Part shown: positions 48,110 through 58,064 of the stretch, one piece after another
Position numbering within the stretch: the stretch's first letter is position 1
How the letters are laid out: each line of letters begins with the position of its first letter
Source: an uncultured Phycisphaerales bacterium
GTDB lineage: Bacteria; Planctomycetota; Phycisphaerae; Tepidisphaerales; Tepidisphaeraceae
Assembly: GCA_963755915.1 (NCBI GenBank)
Contig: CAVWLP010000002.1
Location: 2,720,001 to 2,784,000 of the forward strand
Length of the DNA: 64,000 nucleotides
Reading direction: 5' to 3'
Notes under the pieces: generated by a model
What the model was told of the DNA's origin: nothing
The model's input: only the letters and a program-made list of their open reading frames with translations
The model's database searches: none
Made by a program: the position numbers and the translations under genes

Positions 48110-49089
48110 GTGGCTGACGACGATAGTCAATATATGCAGTGCATGGAGGTTTGGGGGGGAGCCAGTCGACGGCGCGGAACGTGCAGCTGGGGGGGCTTGA
48201 TGCCTGGGTTTATAGCCGGCCGTTCAACAACTCTGCGGCGGGGGGGGATGTTTATTATGCGTCTAGCTGCGCGACGGGGCGGATCAATCGACTGCTGCTG
48301 GCGGACGTTTCGGGGCATGGGGATATGGTGGCTGAGATCGCCACGCGGCTGCGCAACCTGATGCGGCGGTATGTGAATTTTCTGGATCAGACGAAGTTTG
48401 TGCGGGCGCTAAATCGGCAGTTTGCGGCGATGTCGCGACAGGGGACGTTTGCGACGGCGATTGCCACGACGTTTTTTACACCTACGCGGATGCTGACGAT
48501 TTGCAATGCGGGGCATCCGCCGCCGATGCATTACTCCGCGGCGCTGAAGAGCTGGGCGATTTTGGAATGTCCGACGGAAGGAAATCCGGTGGCGGGAAAT
48601 ATTCCGCTGGGGATTCTGGATATTGCCAGCTATGAGCAATTCCACGTCGAGCTGGACGTGGGGGATTTGGTTCTTTACTACACGGATGCGCTGGTTGAAT
48701 CGAAGAATTCAACGGGCGAGATGCTGGGGCCCAGTGGTTTGCTGCGGATTGTGGAAGGTGTGGATGTCGGGGCTTCGGAGAATTTCATCGGGGCGCTGCT
48801 GGAGCGGATTTCGGGGCAGCACAGCGGAAATTTGTCGGAAGATGACGTGACGGTGATGCTGCTTCGGCCGAAGGCGACGAAGCCGAAGATTACGACTCGT
48901 CAGAAGATGGGCGCCGGGCTTCGGTTTTTGGGGGCGGCGGTGAGGTCGATCAATCCGTGGGCGGAGCGGGCGCCGATGTTTGACATGAAGCTGGCGAACT
49001 TCGGGGGGGCGATTATTCCTTCGCTGTCAAAACGATGGCGGCCGAACAATCGTAAGATCGTTCGGCCGTCCCGTCTTTCCATCCCTTGA
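48110..49089 (+). CDS. SpoIIE/RsbU-type PP2C phosphatase (frameshift in the G-run near 48155)
   Basis: MQCMEVWGG, GGDVY, ADVSGHG, FAT, NAGHPPP, YTDAL.E, DDVT. Confidence 0.9.
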
Positions 49090-49136
49090 TTTTTGTGCGA
49101 ACAGACTGAGATCGATAGGTTTTTCCCCTTTTTGAA

Positions 49137-49352
49137 TCAGGCAGCCTGTTCAGCTTCATGCTCGACGAAAGTGAGCAACTCACCGAGCATTTCTTCAAGC
49201 CGGCGTTCCGCGTTGCGGATGTCGGGTGAAGCGACTCCAGTCCGGCGATGGGCGAGCAGCCGGTTGAGGCCATCGGGACGCGCCATGGCGTCGACGAGTT
49301 TGGCATCGATGAGGTTTTCGATCGCTCTCCGTAGCGTTTCGCACTGATGCAT
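49137..49352 (-). CDS. Small hypothetical helical protein (71 aa) downstream of the c-di-AMP riboswitch
   Basis: Strong RBS AAGGAGA before ATG; amphipathic-helix pattern; same strand as the riboswitch. Confidence 0.65.
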   Translation of the reverse strand: MHQCETLRRAIENLIDAKLVDAMARPDGLNRLLAHRRTGVASPDIRNAERRLEEMLGELLTFVEHEAEQAA

Positions 49353-49498
49353 AAGAGATCTCCTTGCGCCGTGGCGGCGCCGCTACGCCCCAAAACGGTG
49401 GGATCCCAATAGAGAACTGGGCCCACCCTTCAGGACAAAAACACTGAAGACCTTAAAAGGATCGAAACGCCGAGGCGGCGCATTGATCCCTTTCACGT

Positions 49499-49721
49499 GC
49501 CTACGGAGTTAGCTGACGGGCTGGGAGTTGAAAGTCTCCCTCGGTCGCATTTGCTTTGCCCGGAAAAAAGAAAGGCATTGCCAACGCTGCACAAATCCGA
49601 TTCGCCCCTGCGGGTCTGGGTCCAACACATGCCCCCCAGACCAGCGATGCAAAGCTTGCAAAACTACAGCGAACTTCGCATTGGGTTCTCCGCGCCTCGC
49701 CAATGGTGGCTCGGCTTAGGC
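49499..49721 (-). promoter_or_regulatory. c-di-AMP (ydaO/yuaA) riboswitch with enlarged peripheral stems
   Basis: Minus strand reads GCCT.AGCCGA..GCGGAGAACCC..GGGGCGAATCGG..CCGAGGGAG..CTCCC..CCCGTCAGCTAACTCCGTAGGC, matching the ydaO consensus; pairings GCCT/AGGC, GCGGAG/CTCCGT, TCGG/CCGA and GGGAG/CTCCC hold. Confidence 0.87.
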
Positions 49722-49881
49722 GGTCAAGCTGAGTTTTGATTTTAGGAATGCGCAGATTCGTGTCAACTGAAAAGCAGGGTTTGCTGAAAAAAAAGGCAGA
49801 TTTTTTTTCGGCATGATTTGAACATTCTCGGCATTCCAAATTACTCTGTTCTGCCGGAGAATTCCTGCAACGGAGTTTCGC

Positions 49882-50706
49882 ATGAAATGGGTCAAACGAA
49901 TCGGTGCTGTGATCGTCTTGCTGGTTTTAGTCGCAGTCATCGTCGTATATTTTTCTTTGAATTCGATCATACGCTCGGAAGTTCAGACACAGGCGACGGC
50001 GTCGCTGGGGGTTGATACGACGCTGGATTCGGCGCGGCTGGCGCTGTTTGGCGGGAATCTGACGCTCAGCGATCTGGAGATCAGCTCGCCGCCGGATTTT
50101 TCTTCGCCGAAGATTTTTACGCTGGGGGATATCGGCGTGAGCGTTCATTATGGGCAGCTCACGGGGTCGCCGATTCATATCGAACAGATCGTGATCGATA
50201 AGCCGGTGCTTGTGGTGGAGCAGGCGAACATCAAGCTGAATCTCAACGCGCTGATGGGGCAGATGCCAAAAACGCCGCAGACGAGCAGCGGGCAGCCGAG
50301 CAAGCCGATTATGCTGATGATCGACGAGCTTGAGCTGAACAACGCGCAGGTGACGTTCATGCCGGGAATTCCGGGGGTAACCAACTCGGTGGTGGTGCCG
50401 ATCGATTCGATCACGCTGACAAACATCGGCAACGCCAACGGCAACCAGAACGGGGCGGCGATCAAGGACGTGGTGATGCAAGTGGTGACGGCGCTGGCGG
50501 CGAAGGCGGCGGATCAGTCGAAACTTCCGGCGGCGGTGAAGATGCTGCTGGGGCAGGACCTCTCGGCGCTTTCCAAGCTCAATGGGGCGGATTTCGATAC
50601 GCAGTTCAAAAACCTGGCGGGGTCGCTGACGCAGCAGGCGGCGCCGGCGATTCAGAACGGGCTTCAAAAGCTTCTGGGCGGAAAGAACCAGAGCCAGGGG
50701 CAGTGA
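49882..50706 (+). CDS. AsmA/DUF748-like membrane-anchored protein
   Basis: N-terminal TM anchor followed by beta-rich AsmA-like sequence (L.LFGG.L.L.DL.I..P). Confidence 0.65.
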   Translation: MKWVKRIGAVIVLLVLVAVIVVYFSLNSIIRSEVQTQATASLGVDTTLDSARLALFGGNLTLSDLEISSPPDFSSPKIFTLGDIGVSVHYGQLTGSPIHIEQIVIDKPVLVVEQANIKLNLNALMGQMPKTPQTSSGQPSKPIMLMIDELELNNAQVTFMPGIPGVTNSVVVPIDSITLTNIGNANGNQNGAAIKDVVMQVVTALAAKAADQSKLPAAVKMLLGQDLSALSKLNGADFDTQFKNLAGSLTQQAAPAIQNGLQKLLGGKNQSQGQ

Positions 50707-50740
50707 GTCCCATAATCGGGTAGCAACCTTTTGTTGGTTT

Positions 50741-51565
50741 GTGCTTACCCAGAGCGCATATCCGGACGATATTCACAACGACCCAACTCGCTACGCGCAA
50801 TTTGCAAACATGGACCTGGCAGCCTTACAAGCCTTCGAGGGCGCTGTTGATGATCAGCGCGAAGTGGTCGCGGCGGTGACCGTTGGCGCGAGCACCCATT
50901 TCTTCGGTGCGAAGCTGCTGAAGCGCGGCGAGGGCGATTTCTCATTCGAGACCACGGCGTGGCCCAAGGCTGCGCCTAAGTCTGGGCCACCCAGAGATTT
51001 ACAACTGCAAATCCAGTTTGGGACCAGTGGAGCGGTGGTTCAGTTGCGGGCCCATGCACAGGCGATTGCCGCTTTGCAGAATCCGGGGGGCATGGAAACA
51101 ATCGTTGTCCGCTGTGGCAAGCCAAGCGAATTGGCGCTGGTGCAGCGCCGTGCACATTTTCGCGCTCCGGTGCCTCCGAGCGCGCCCTTGGAATTGTCGG
51201 TGTGGAAGGTTCCGGATCACTGGGTGCTGCGCGATAAGCCCAAGCCGTCGTCGCAGCTTCGGGTGAAGCTGATCGATATCAGTCCGGGGGGCGTATGCAT
51301 GAAGATCCTGCCGCATCGGGTGGGCCCGGAAGCGGTTGCGATGGGGGATCGGCTTCGGGCGGAGCTTCAGTTCTCGCAAACCAGCGCGGTGTTTGATTGC
51401 CGGGTGGTTTATCGAAGCGATTCGGCGGCGGATGGGTCGATCCGGGTTGGGATATCGTTTCGGCAACTGGAGAATACGATCGAGGGGCGGAGGGGGAGTG
51501 CGCTGTTGGATCGGGTTTTGGGGGCGCTGCAGAGGTTGTGTATTAAAGAGACGAGTGCTGCGTAG
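50741..51565 (+). CDS. PilZ-domain c-di-GMP receptor (YcgR-like); start uncertain
   Basis: QRRAHFR (RxxxR) and DISPGG (D/NxSxxG) motifs. Confidence 0.85.
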   Translation: MLTQSAYPDDIHNDPTRYAQFANMDLAALQAFEGAVDDQREVVAAVTVGASTHFFGAKLLKRGEGDFSFETTAWPKAAPKSGPPRDLQLQIQFGTSGAVVQLRAHAQAIAALQNPGGMETIVVRCGKPSELALVQRRAHFRAPVPPSAPLELSVWKVPDHWVLRDKPKPSSQLRVKLIDISPGGVCMKILPHRVGPEAVAMGDRLRAELQFSQTSAVFDCRVVYRSDSAADGSIRVGISFRQLENTIEGRRGSALLDRVLGALQRLCIKETSAA

Positions 51566-51570
51566 GGCGG

Positions 51571-51695
51571 AAATTCTGAAACCAGAAACCAGAAATCCGA
51601 ATCAAACCAGAATGACCGAATGACGAAGGGGGTTGGTCATTCGGTCATTCTGGTTTCGGATTTGATTCGTCATTCGGACTTCGGGCTTCTGGTTT
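51571..51695. repeat. Palindromic heptamer-repeat element (GAATGAC/CCAGAAA family)
   Basis: Perfect 21-bp stem 51604-51624/51636-51656; same family as 61451-61558. Confidence 0.85.
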
Positions 51696-54600
51696 TCAAC
51701 TGCATCCCATTGAATTGCCGCAGTTGAGGCATTTGTAGCAGGTTCCGCTGCGGACGGTGATGCTGCCGCAGACGTCGCAGGCGGGGGCGTCGGCCTGGAG
51801 CTCGGAGGTTTGCTGGCTGAGGGGATCGGCGGCGACGGCGAGGCGGAGGTTGGATCCGACCGGCGGGGGGGTGGTCGCGCTGGTTTTCATTTCTTCGTCG
51901 CTGTAGTCGAATGATTTGGCGGAATCTGCTTCCATGCGGGTGCCGTGGCCATTGCCGCCTTTGCGGGTTACGGCGGCTTCGGGGGCGGGTGCGGACGCGG
52001 CTTCTGTTTCTACTTCGGGTTCGGGCTCGGGGGCGGGACGGGGCTCGCGCTTGGGGGCGTTGGCGGCGCGATATCCGCCTACGAATTCCATGGCGAGCCA
52101 GCGGAAGATGTAGTCGACGAGGCTCTTGGCGAAGGGAATTTCGGGGTTGCGGGTCATGCCGCTGGGCTCGAAGCGGACGTGCTCGAATTTTCTCACGAGG
52201 GATTCTACCGGCACGCCGTATTGGAGGCTGACCGAGACCAGCGTGGCGATGGTGTCCATCAGGCCGCCGATGGTGCTGCCTTCTTTGGCCATGCGGATGA
52301 AGATTTCGCCGGGCTGACCGTCGTCATATAGACCGACGGTGATGTATCCCTCGTGGCCGGCGACGTCGAACTTGTGGGTGGTGGCGTTGCGGGTGTCGGG
52401 CAAGCGCCGGCGCAGGGGCGCTCGACGATGCGCTCGACGATTTTTTCGACGACGTGGGTGTGGGCGGGCTCGAGATTGTCGCTGGCGGTGACCTTGGCGG
52501 CGAAGAGGGCGTTGGCGGCGGTTATGACTTCCTTGGCGACTTCCTCGCGGGCGGCCTCGACGCCTTCTTCGTCCTCCTCGGTGTCGTCGATCTCTTCGTC
52601 GCTCTTGACGTTCAGCGGCTGGCGAAAGCTTGGAGCCGTCGCGGTAGAGGGCGTTGGCTTTGAGGCCGAGCTTCCAGCTCAGGTGGTAGCTGCGCTTGAT
52701 CTCCTCGACGGTGGCCTCGTTGGGGAGGTTGATGGTCTTGGAGATTGCGCCGGTGATGAAGGGCTGGGCGGCGGCCATCATGCGGATGTGGCCCTCGACG
52801 GGGATGAAGCGCTGGCCGAGGCGGCCGCATTTGTTGGCGCAGTCGAAGACGGGGTAGTGTTCATGCTTGAGGTGCGGTGCGTCTTCGACGGTGCCGTGGC
52901 CGCAGATGGCGTCGTTGGCTTCGTCGATCTGCTGCTTGGTGAAGCCGAGGTGCTGGAGGAGGTTGAAGCCGGGCTTCTGCCAGGTCGGCTTCGGGGATGT
53001 TGAGGCGGTCCAGGGTTTCGTTTGCCGATGGACCAGGGGCTGAAGGCGAAGGAGATCTCGAACTGGCCGGGGAGGGAGGCTTCGATTTTTTCCAGTTCTT
53101 CGACGGTGAATCCCAGTTGCTTGAGGGCGTGCGTAATTGACGTGCGGGGCATCGTGGAGGGTGAGGGTGCCCATGACGTAGCGCAGGATGTCGTGGATCT
53201 GCTCGGCGCTGTAGCCGAGGTTTACCAGGGCTGGGCGGAGGGATTGGTTGGCGATCTTGAAATATCCGCCGCCGGCGAGCTTTTTGAATTTGACGAGGGC
53301 GAAATCGGGCTCGACGCCGGTGGTGTCGCAATCCATGAGCAGGCCGATGGTGCCGGTGGGGGCGATGACGGTGGTCTGGGCGTTGCGATAGCCGAACTTT
53401 TCGCCGAGGAGTAGGGCGCGGTCCCAGCATTCCTGTGCGCTGCTTGATGAGCTGCGAGGACGCCAGCGGGTGCTTCTCGGCAAATTGAGTCGCGTCGAGC
53501 CCGACCGGCTTGATGTCGAGCGCCTTCATAATCGCCCAGGGCGCGGCGGGCGTTGGGGTTGTTGGCGACGTCGTAGGCGGCGCGGCGATGATTGCGGATG
53601 ACGCGGAGCATGTCGGCGCGGTTGTCTTCGTAGCCGGGGAATGCGCCGAGCTCGCGGGCCATTTCGGCGCTGGCGGCGTAGCTTTCGCCGGTGAGGATGG
53701 CGGTCAGGGCGGCGCAGATGGCGCGGCCGTTTTCGCTGTCGTAGGCGATTCCGGCCTGCATGAGCATTGCGCCGAGATTGGCGTATCCCAGGCCGAGCGT
53801 GCGGTAGCGGTAGCTTAGCTTGGCGATTTCTTCGGAGGGGAAGCTGGCCATCAGGACGCTGATTTCCAGCACGATCGTCCAGAGGCGGATGGCGTGCTTA
53901 AAGCCTTCGATGTCGAAACGGCGCGGTTTCGGCATCGAAGAAGGTCAGGACGTTGAGCGAAGCGAGATTGCAGGCGGTGTTGTCGAGGAACATGTATTCG
54001 GAGCAGTTGTGGACGACCAGGCCGTTGGCGATGAAGGAGCTGGTGACGCGGCTCGGTGAGGTCGAAGACCTGCTGCTTGCCAGCGGCGGTGAGGGTGGCG
54101 ACGCGGTCGAAATTCTCGACGGAACCGGCTCGGTCGCCGGCGAGTTCGATGGCGGAGGCAAGTTGCTCGAGTTTTTGCCGGGGAGGAGGCCGATGTGCTT
54201 GGCGAAGCTGCGGAGGCTGCCCGGGTCGATACGCGGCCGTCCGAAGTTCGCGACGGCAGCCGAGTCGCCGGCGCCGCATGCGCCGGCGACCGGGCCGCGA
54301 GCAACGGCTCCGCCGTCGCCCATGCACATAAATCGAGCTTTGAATTCCGAAGCCGAGCAGGATCAATTGGACGTCGCGGAGCATTCCTTCGCCGGCGCCG
54401 TTCAATTCCATGGTGCCGTCGCGGACGACGGCGTCGGCGGTGAACAATCCGCGGAGGAGATGCTCTGGGCGGCGAGGCCGGCGGTGAAGACGTCGTCGCT
54501 GAGGCGGCGCTGGCCGGCCTCGTAGCGCACATACGCGCGCAGGCGGCGGAGGAGCCGGCGGTTGGTCAGCGTTGCGGTGACGGTTCCGGTCGGGCGGCGT

Positions 54601-56331
54601 CGTCGTCGGTCACCATCAGCTGGTTGACGTAATCATCATCGTAAACGCGCTCGCTCCAGGAGTGGGCGGCGTATCGCACGAGCGGCTCGATCAATTCGCT
54701 TGCCGCCCAGGCAGGCGTCGAGCCGGACTGAATCGTAGCTGGCGTTGGCGGAGGAGAAGAAGAGGCCGAGCAACTGGAAGAACTGGGGGTCCTGCGGCTC
54801 GCCGATCTCCTGCACGGTGGCGGCTTCGCTGGGGAGCTTGATTTCGTCGTCGGGGGGTCAGATCCTTGGCGGCGACCCAGCCGCGCTGCGGTCCAGAGCT
54901 TGTGATCGGCGGTGAGCGTAACGGTGTATCCGCCGGCGGTGCGGAGTTCGTAGACCTCCTGGGTGCCGGTGGGAAACGCGCCTTCGGTGGCGTGGATTTC
55001 CTGGCCCTCGAGGCTGGTGATGACGCGGCTGGGGAGGTGGATCATCTGGTCGATGCGCCGCCAGATTCCGCCGGGGGTGAGGACGCGAGTGTCGCCGGTG
55101 ACGCAGGGATTGGAGGCGTTGATCGGGCCGGATCTTGGGGCAGGTGTGCCACTGGTTGATGGTGTCGTCATATTGGACGCCGGGGTCGGCGCAGCGCCAG
55201 GCGGCGAAGGCGATCTGGTCCCAGAGGTCGCGGGCGCGAATCGATTTGGCGACCTTTTTGTTCGTCCGCCACAGTGAGCTCCCAGTTGCCGTCTTCCTCG
55301 ACTGCCTTGAAGAAGCGGTTGGGGATGCGGACGGAATTGTTGGAATTCTGGCCGCTGACGGTGAGGTAGGCTTCGCCGTTGAAATCGTAATCGAGCTTCA
55401 GGCCGAGCTTGGCGGCGAGCTCCTTCTGGTCCGGGGGGAGGTGCTTCATACCCTCGGCCATCGCGGCGACTTTCAATTCCTCGCGCACCTTCCAGTTGAC
55501 GAACTGCTCGATGTCGGGGTGATCGAGATCGAGGCAGACCATCTTGGCGGCGCGGCGGGTGGTGCCGCCGACTTTGATGGCGCCGGCGGCGCGGTCGCCG
55601 ATTTTGAGGAAGCTCATCAGGCCCGAGGATTTTCCGCCGCCGGAGAGGGGTTCGTTGTCGCCGCGGAGGTTGGAGAAATTGGTTCCGGTGCCGCTGCCGT
55701 ATTTGAAGAGGCGGGCTTCGCGGGTCCAGAGGTCCATGATGCCGCCGGGGTTGACCAGATCGTCATTGACCGACTGGATGAAGCAGGCGTGGGGCTGGGG
55801 ATGGCTGTAGGCATCGCGGCTTTTGAGCAGCTCGCCGGAGCGCGGATCGCAATAGAAATGGCCTTGCGCGGGACCGGTGATGCCGTAGGCCCAGTTCAGG
55901 CCGGTGTTGAACCACTGCGGACTGTTGGGGGCGCACATCTGATGCAGGAGCATGTGGCTGATTTCGTCGTAAAACGCCTGGGCGTCTTCGGCGTTGTCGA
56001 AATAGCCATATTTCTCGCCCCAGTGCCGCCAGCAGCCGGCGAGGCGATTGATAACCTGCTTTGCGGAGCGCTCCGGGCCGGTGACGACGTTGCCCTGGCC
56101 GTCGCGGATTGGTTCGCCCTTTTCGTCGCGCTGCGGGACGCCGGCCTTGCGGAAATATTTGCTGACCATGATGTCGGTGGCGAGCTGGGACCAGCTTTTC
56201 GGAATCTCCGCATCGTTCATCTCGAACACGACGCTGCCGTCCGGATTGGTGATCCGGCTGGTGCGCTTCTCATATTCGACAGAGTCGAGCGCGCTGGTTC
56301 CTGACTTTGTGAAGCGTCGATTAATCCGCAT
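51696..56331 (-). CDS. nrdJ: Adenosylcobalamin-dependent (class II) ribonucleotide reductase with intein and C-terminal TSCPD/Zn ribbon (many frameshifts)
   Basis: PNSPQWFN, PHACFI, GSGTG.N.S, INASNP|C..SEY, ACNLASLN, LGLGYANLG, IAPTGTI, GAISKTINLP, YRDGSK, CDVCG..CYKCLNCG. Confidence 0.95.
54006..55105 (-). mobile_element. Intein with LAGLIDADG-type domain in NrdJ, immediately before the radical cysteine
   Basis: NP|CVTGDTRV, TADHK (block B), VFDLTEP (block F), FIANGLVVHN|C (block G); LRGLFTADA and LRDVQLILLGFGI endonuclease blocks. Confidence 0.93.
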
Positions 56332-56364
56332 ATTCCTATTCCTTCCCAAGAATCCATTCAAAAT

Positions 56365-56442
56365 ATCTCACGCAGAGCGCAAAGAAAAAAAGCCGAATCG
56401 ATTTTCATTTCTTCTCTGCGTCTTTGCGCCTCTGCGTGAGAT
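56365..56442. repeat. Palindromic CGCAGAG/CTCTGCG repeat element between dcd and nrdJ
   Basis: atctcacgcagagcgcaaaga pairs with tctttgcgcctctgcgtgagat (one bulge). Confidence 0.75.
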
Positions 56443-56517
56443 CATTCTTCTCAAATAAAATTCAAAACAGCACCCTACGCGCCGCAGGAAGCGGCACGAC
56501 CGGGCCCCGGGTGGAAC

Positions 56518-57078
56518 TCAGTCCACCTTGGGCAACGTCAATCCTTTTTGGTCCTGATACTTCCCAGACTTGTCGGCGTAACTCTTGGCACAGATGCGTT
56601 CGCCCTTGAGGAAGAGGAGCTGGGCGATTCCCTCGTTGGCGTAAATTTTTGCCGGGAGGGGGGTCGTGTTGCTGATTTCCAGGGTGATGCGGCCGCGCCA
56701 TTCGGGTTCGATCGGCGTCACGTTAACGATGATGCCGCAGCGGGCGTAGGTGCTTTTGCCGACGCAGATGGCCAGGTATTCGCGCGGCATGGAAACGATC
56801 TCAACGGTTTCGCAGAGAGCGAAGCTGTTGGGCGGGATCAGCACGTGGTCCTGGCGGGTTTCATCGGTGTCGATGGTGACGAAACTGCGTTCCGAGAATT
56901 TTTTCGGATCGACGATCTCGGAATTGACGTTGGTGAAGATCTTGAAGATCGAGCCAACGCGAAGGTCGTACCCATAGCTGGATACGCCGTAGCTGATTTT
57001 GCCCGGCCGTTTGACGTTTTCCTCGAACGGCTCGATGCCGATGAGTTCCCGAATCTGCGAATCGCATAAGATGCCCAT
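56518..57078 (-). CDS. dcd: dCTP deaminase
   Basis: [56 protein letters not shown]. Confidence 0.95.
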   Translation of the reverse strand: MGILCDSQIRELIGIEPFEENVKRPGKISYGVSSYGYDLRVGSIFKIFTNVNSEIVDPKKFSERSFVTIDTDETRQDHVLIPPNSFALCETVEIVSMPREYLAICVGKSTYARCGIIVNVTPIEPEWRGRITLEISNTTPLPAKIYANEGIAQLLFLKGERICAKSYADKSGKYQDQKGLTLPKVD

Positions 57079-57234
57079 GAGTCTGCTCACTGCTGCTGCG
57101 AAAATGTATCCATTCAACAGGCGCGAAAGCGTCTGCGGATGCACCGTATATTGGCGCATCAAACGTCAGGCTGCACAACCGATTTTATCGAATCCCCGAA
57201 GCCGAACTCCGGTTCGATGGGATTCCGGGACTAT

Positions 57235-57281
57235 ACACAACATCTGGTATAGGTCAAAGAAAACTTTACTAAATGTTGGCT
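57235..57281. promoter_or_regulatory. Tandem NrdR boxes upstream of dcd-nrdJ
   Basis: ACACAACATCTGGTAT (57235) and TTACTAAATGTTGGCT (57266), 31 bp apart; fit the acaCwAtATaTwGtg consensus and typical spacing. Confidence 0.75.
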
Positions 57282-57378
57282 ATTCAAGTGCTCACTCACC
57301 TCTAACAAAAGGTTCGCCAATTGATTACGTTACAAAATTATTTTGGCGATGAAAACGAACACCCCAAGGCACCTCATG

Positions 57379-57387
57379 TTATCCACA
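57379..57387. promoter_or_regulatory. Perfect DnaA box
   Basis: TTATCCACA in the AT-rich intergenic region upstream of dcd. Confidence 0.45.
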
Positions 57388-57454
57388 GAACTTAATAACA
57401 GGCGGTGGAGAAGGTAGGATTTGGGGACCGGTGGGAATGGCTCCGATAACCTCG

Positions 57455-58063
57455 ATGCGAATTGGTTTTTTGACAGTTTTTGTGCTTGCCGCCGGCGCCG
57501 TCGCCTGGGCAGGGGGTCCGGCCACGCAGCCCGCGCCGGACCCCGCGGAGGTTTTTCGCACGTTTTTGATGGACATCGAAACGGGGAAGGGGGCGGCCGT
57601 GCCGGCGGTGTGCCAGGCGCAGGATCCTGATGCGCAGGCACTGGTCCGGGATTTTCAGGCGGTGGCGACATCCATGCAGGAATTGCGCGAGGCGGCCACG
57701 ATCAAATTCGGGCCGGATGCGGCGGAGGCGATCCTTCCCTCGCTGCCGACCGCGGGGGATATGGAGGATATCAACCAGACGATTACCGGGGACCATGCCC
57801 AGATCGAAGGGCCGGACGTGTGGCCGGTGCAGATGGTGCGGGTAGGGGGGCAGTGGAAGCTGGATGTCGACTGGCTTGTTCATAGCGATAATGTTGCCCC
57901 CAATGCGCACTGGTTTGGGGCGATGGCGGAGGCGATGCATAAGACGGCGGCGGATATCAATTCCGGCCGGCTGGGGACGGCTGATGCCGCCACGGAAGCG
58001 ATGACGGTGCGCGAGCAGGCGATTCCGGATACGGCTGCGACTCAACCCGCGACTGGACCGTGA
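57455..58063 (+). CDS. Secreted hypothetical protein with PATQP motifs
   Basis: Signal peptide MRIGFLTVFVLAAGAVAWA; MVRVGGQWKLD; stop abuts rsmA. Confidence 0.7.
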   Translation: MRIGFLTVFVLAAGAVAWAGGPATQPAPDPAEVFRTFLMDIETGKGAAVPAVCQAQDPDAQALVRDFQAVATSMQELREAATIKFGPDAAEAILPSLPTAGDMEDINQTITGDHAQIEGPDVWPVQMVRVGGQWKLDVDWLVHSDNVAPNAHWFGAMAEAMHKTAADINSGRLGTADAATEAMTVREQAIPDTAATQPATGP

Positions 58064-58064
58064 C

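Noticed and set aside
51571-51695. CRISPR array
   Set aside because: Units are 7-8 nt in inverted arms with no unique spacers, and there are no cas genes
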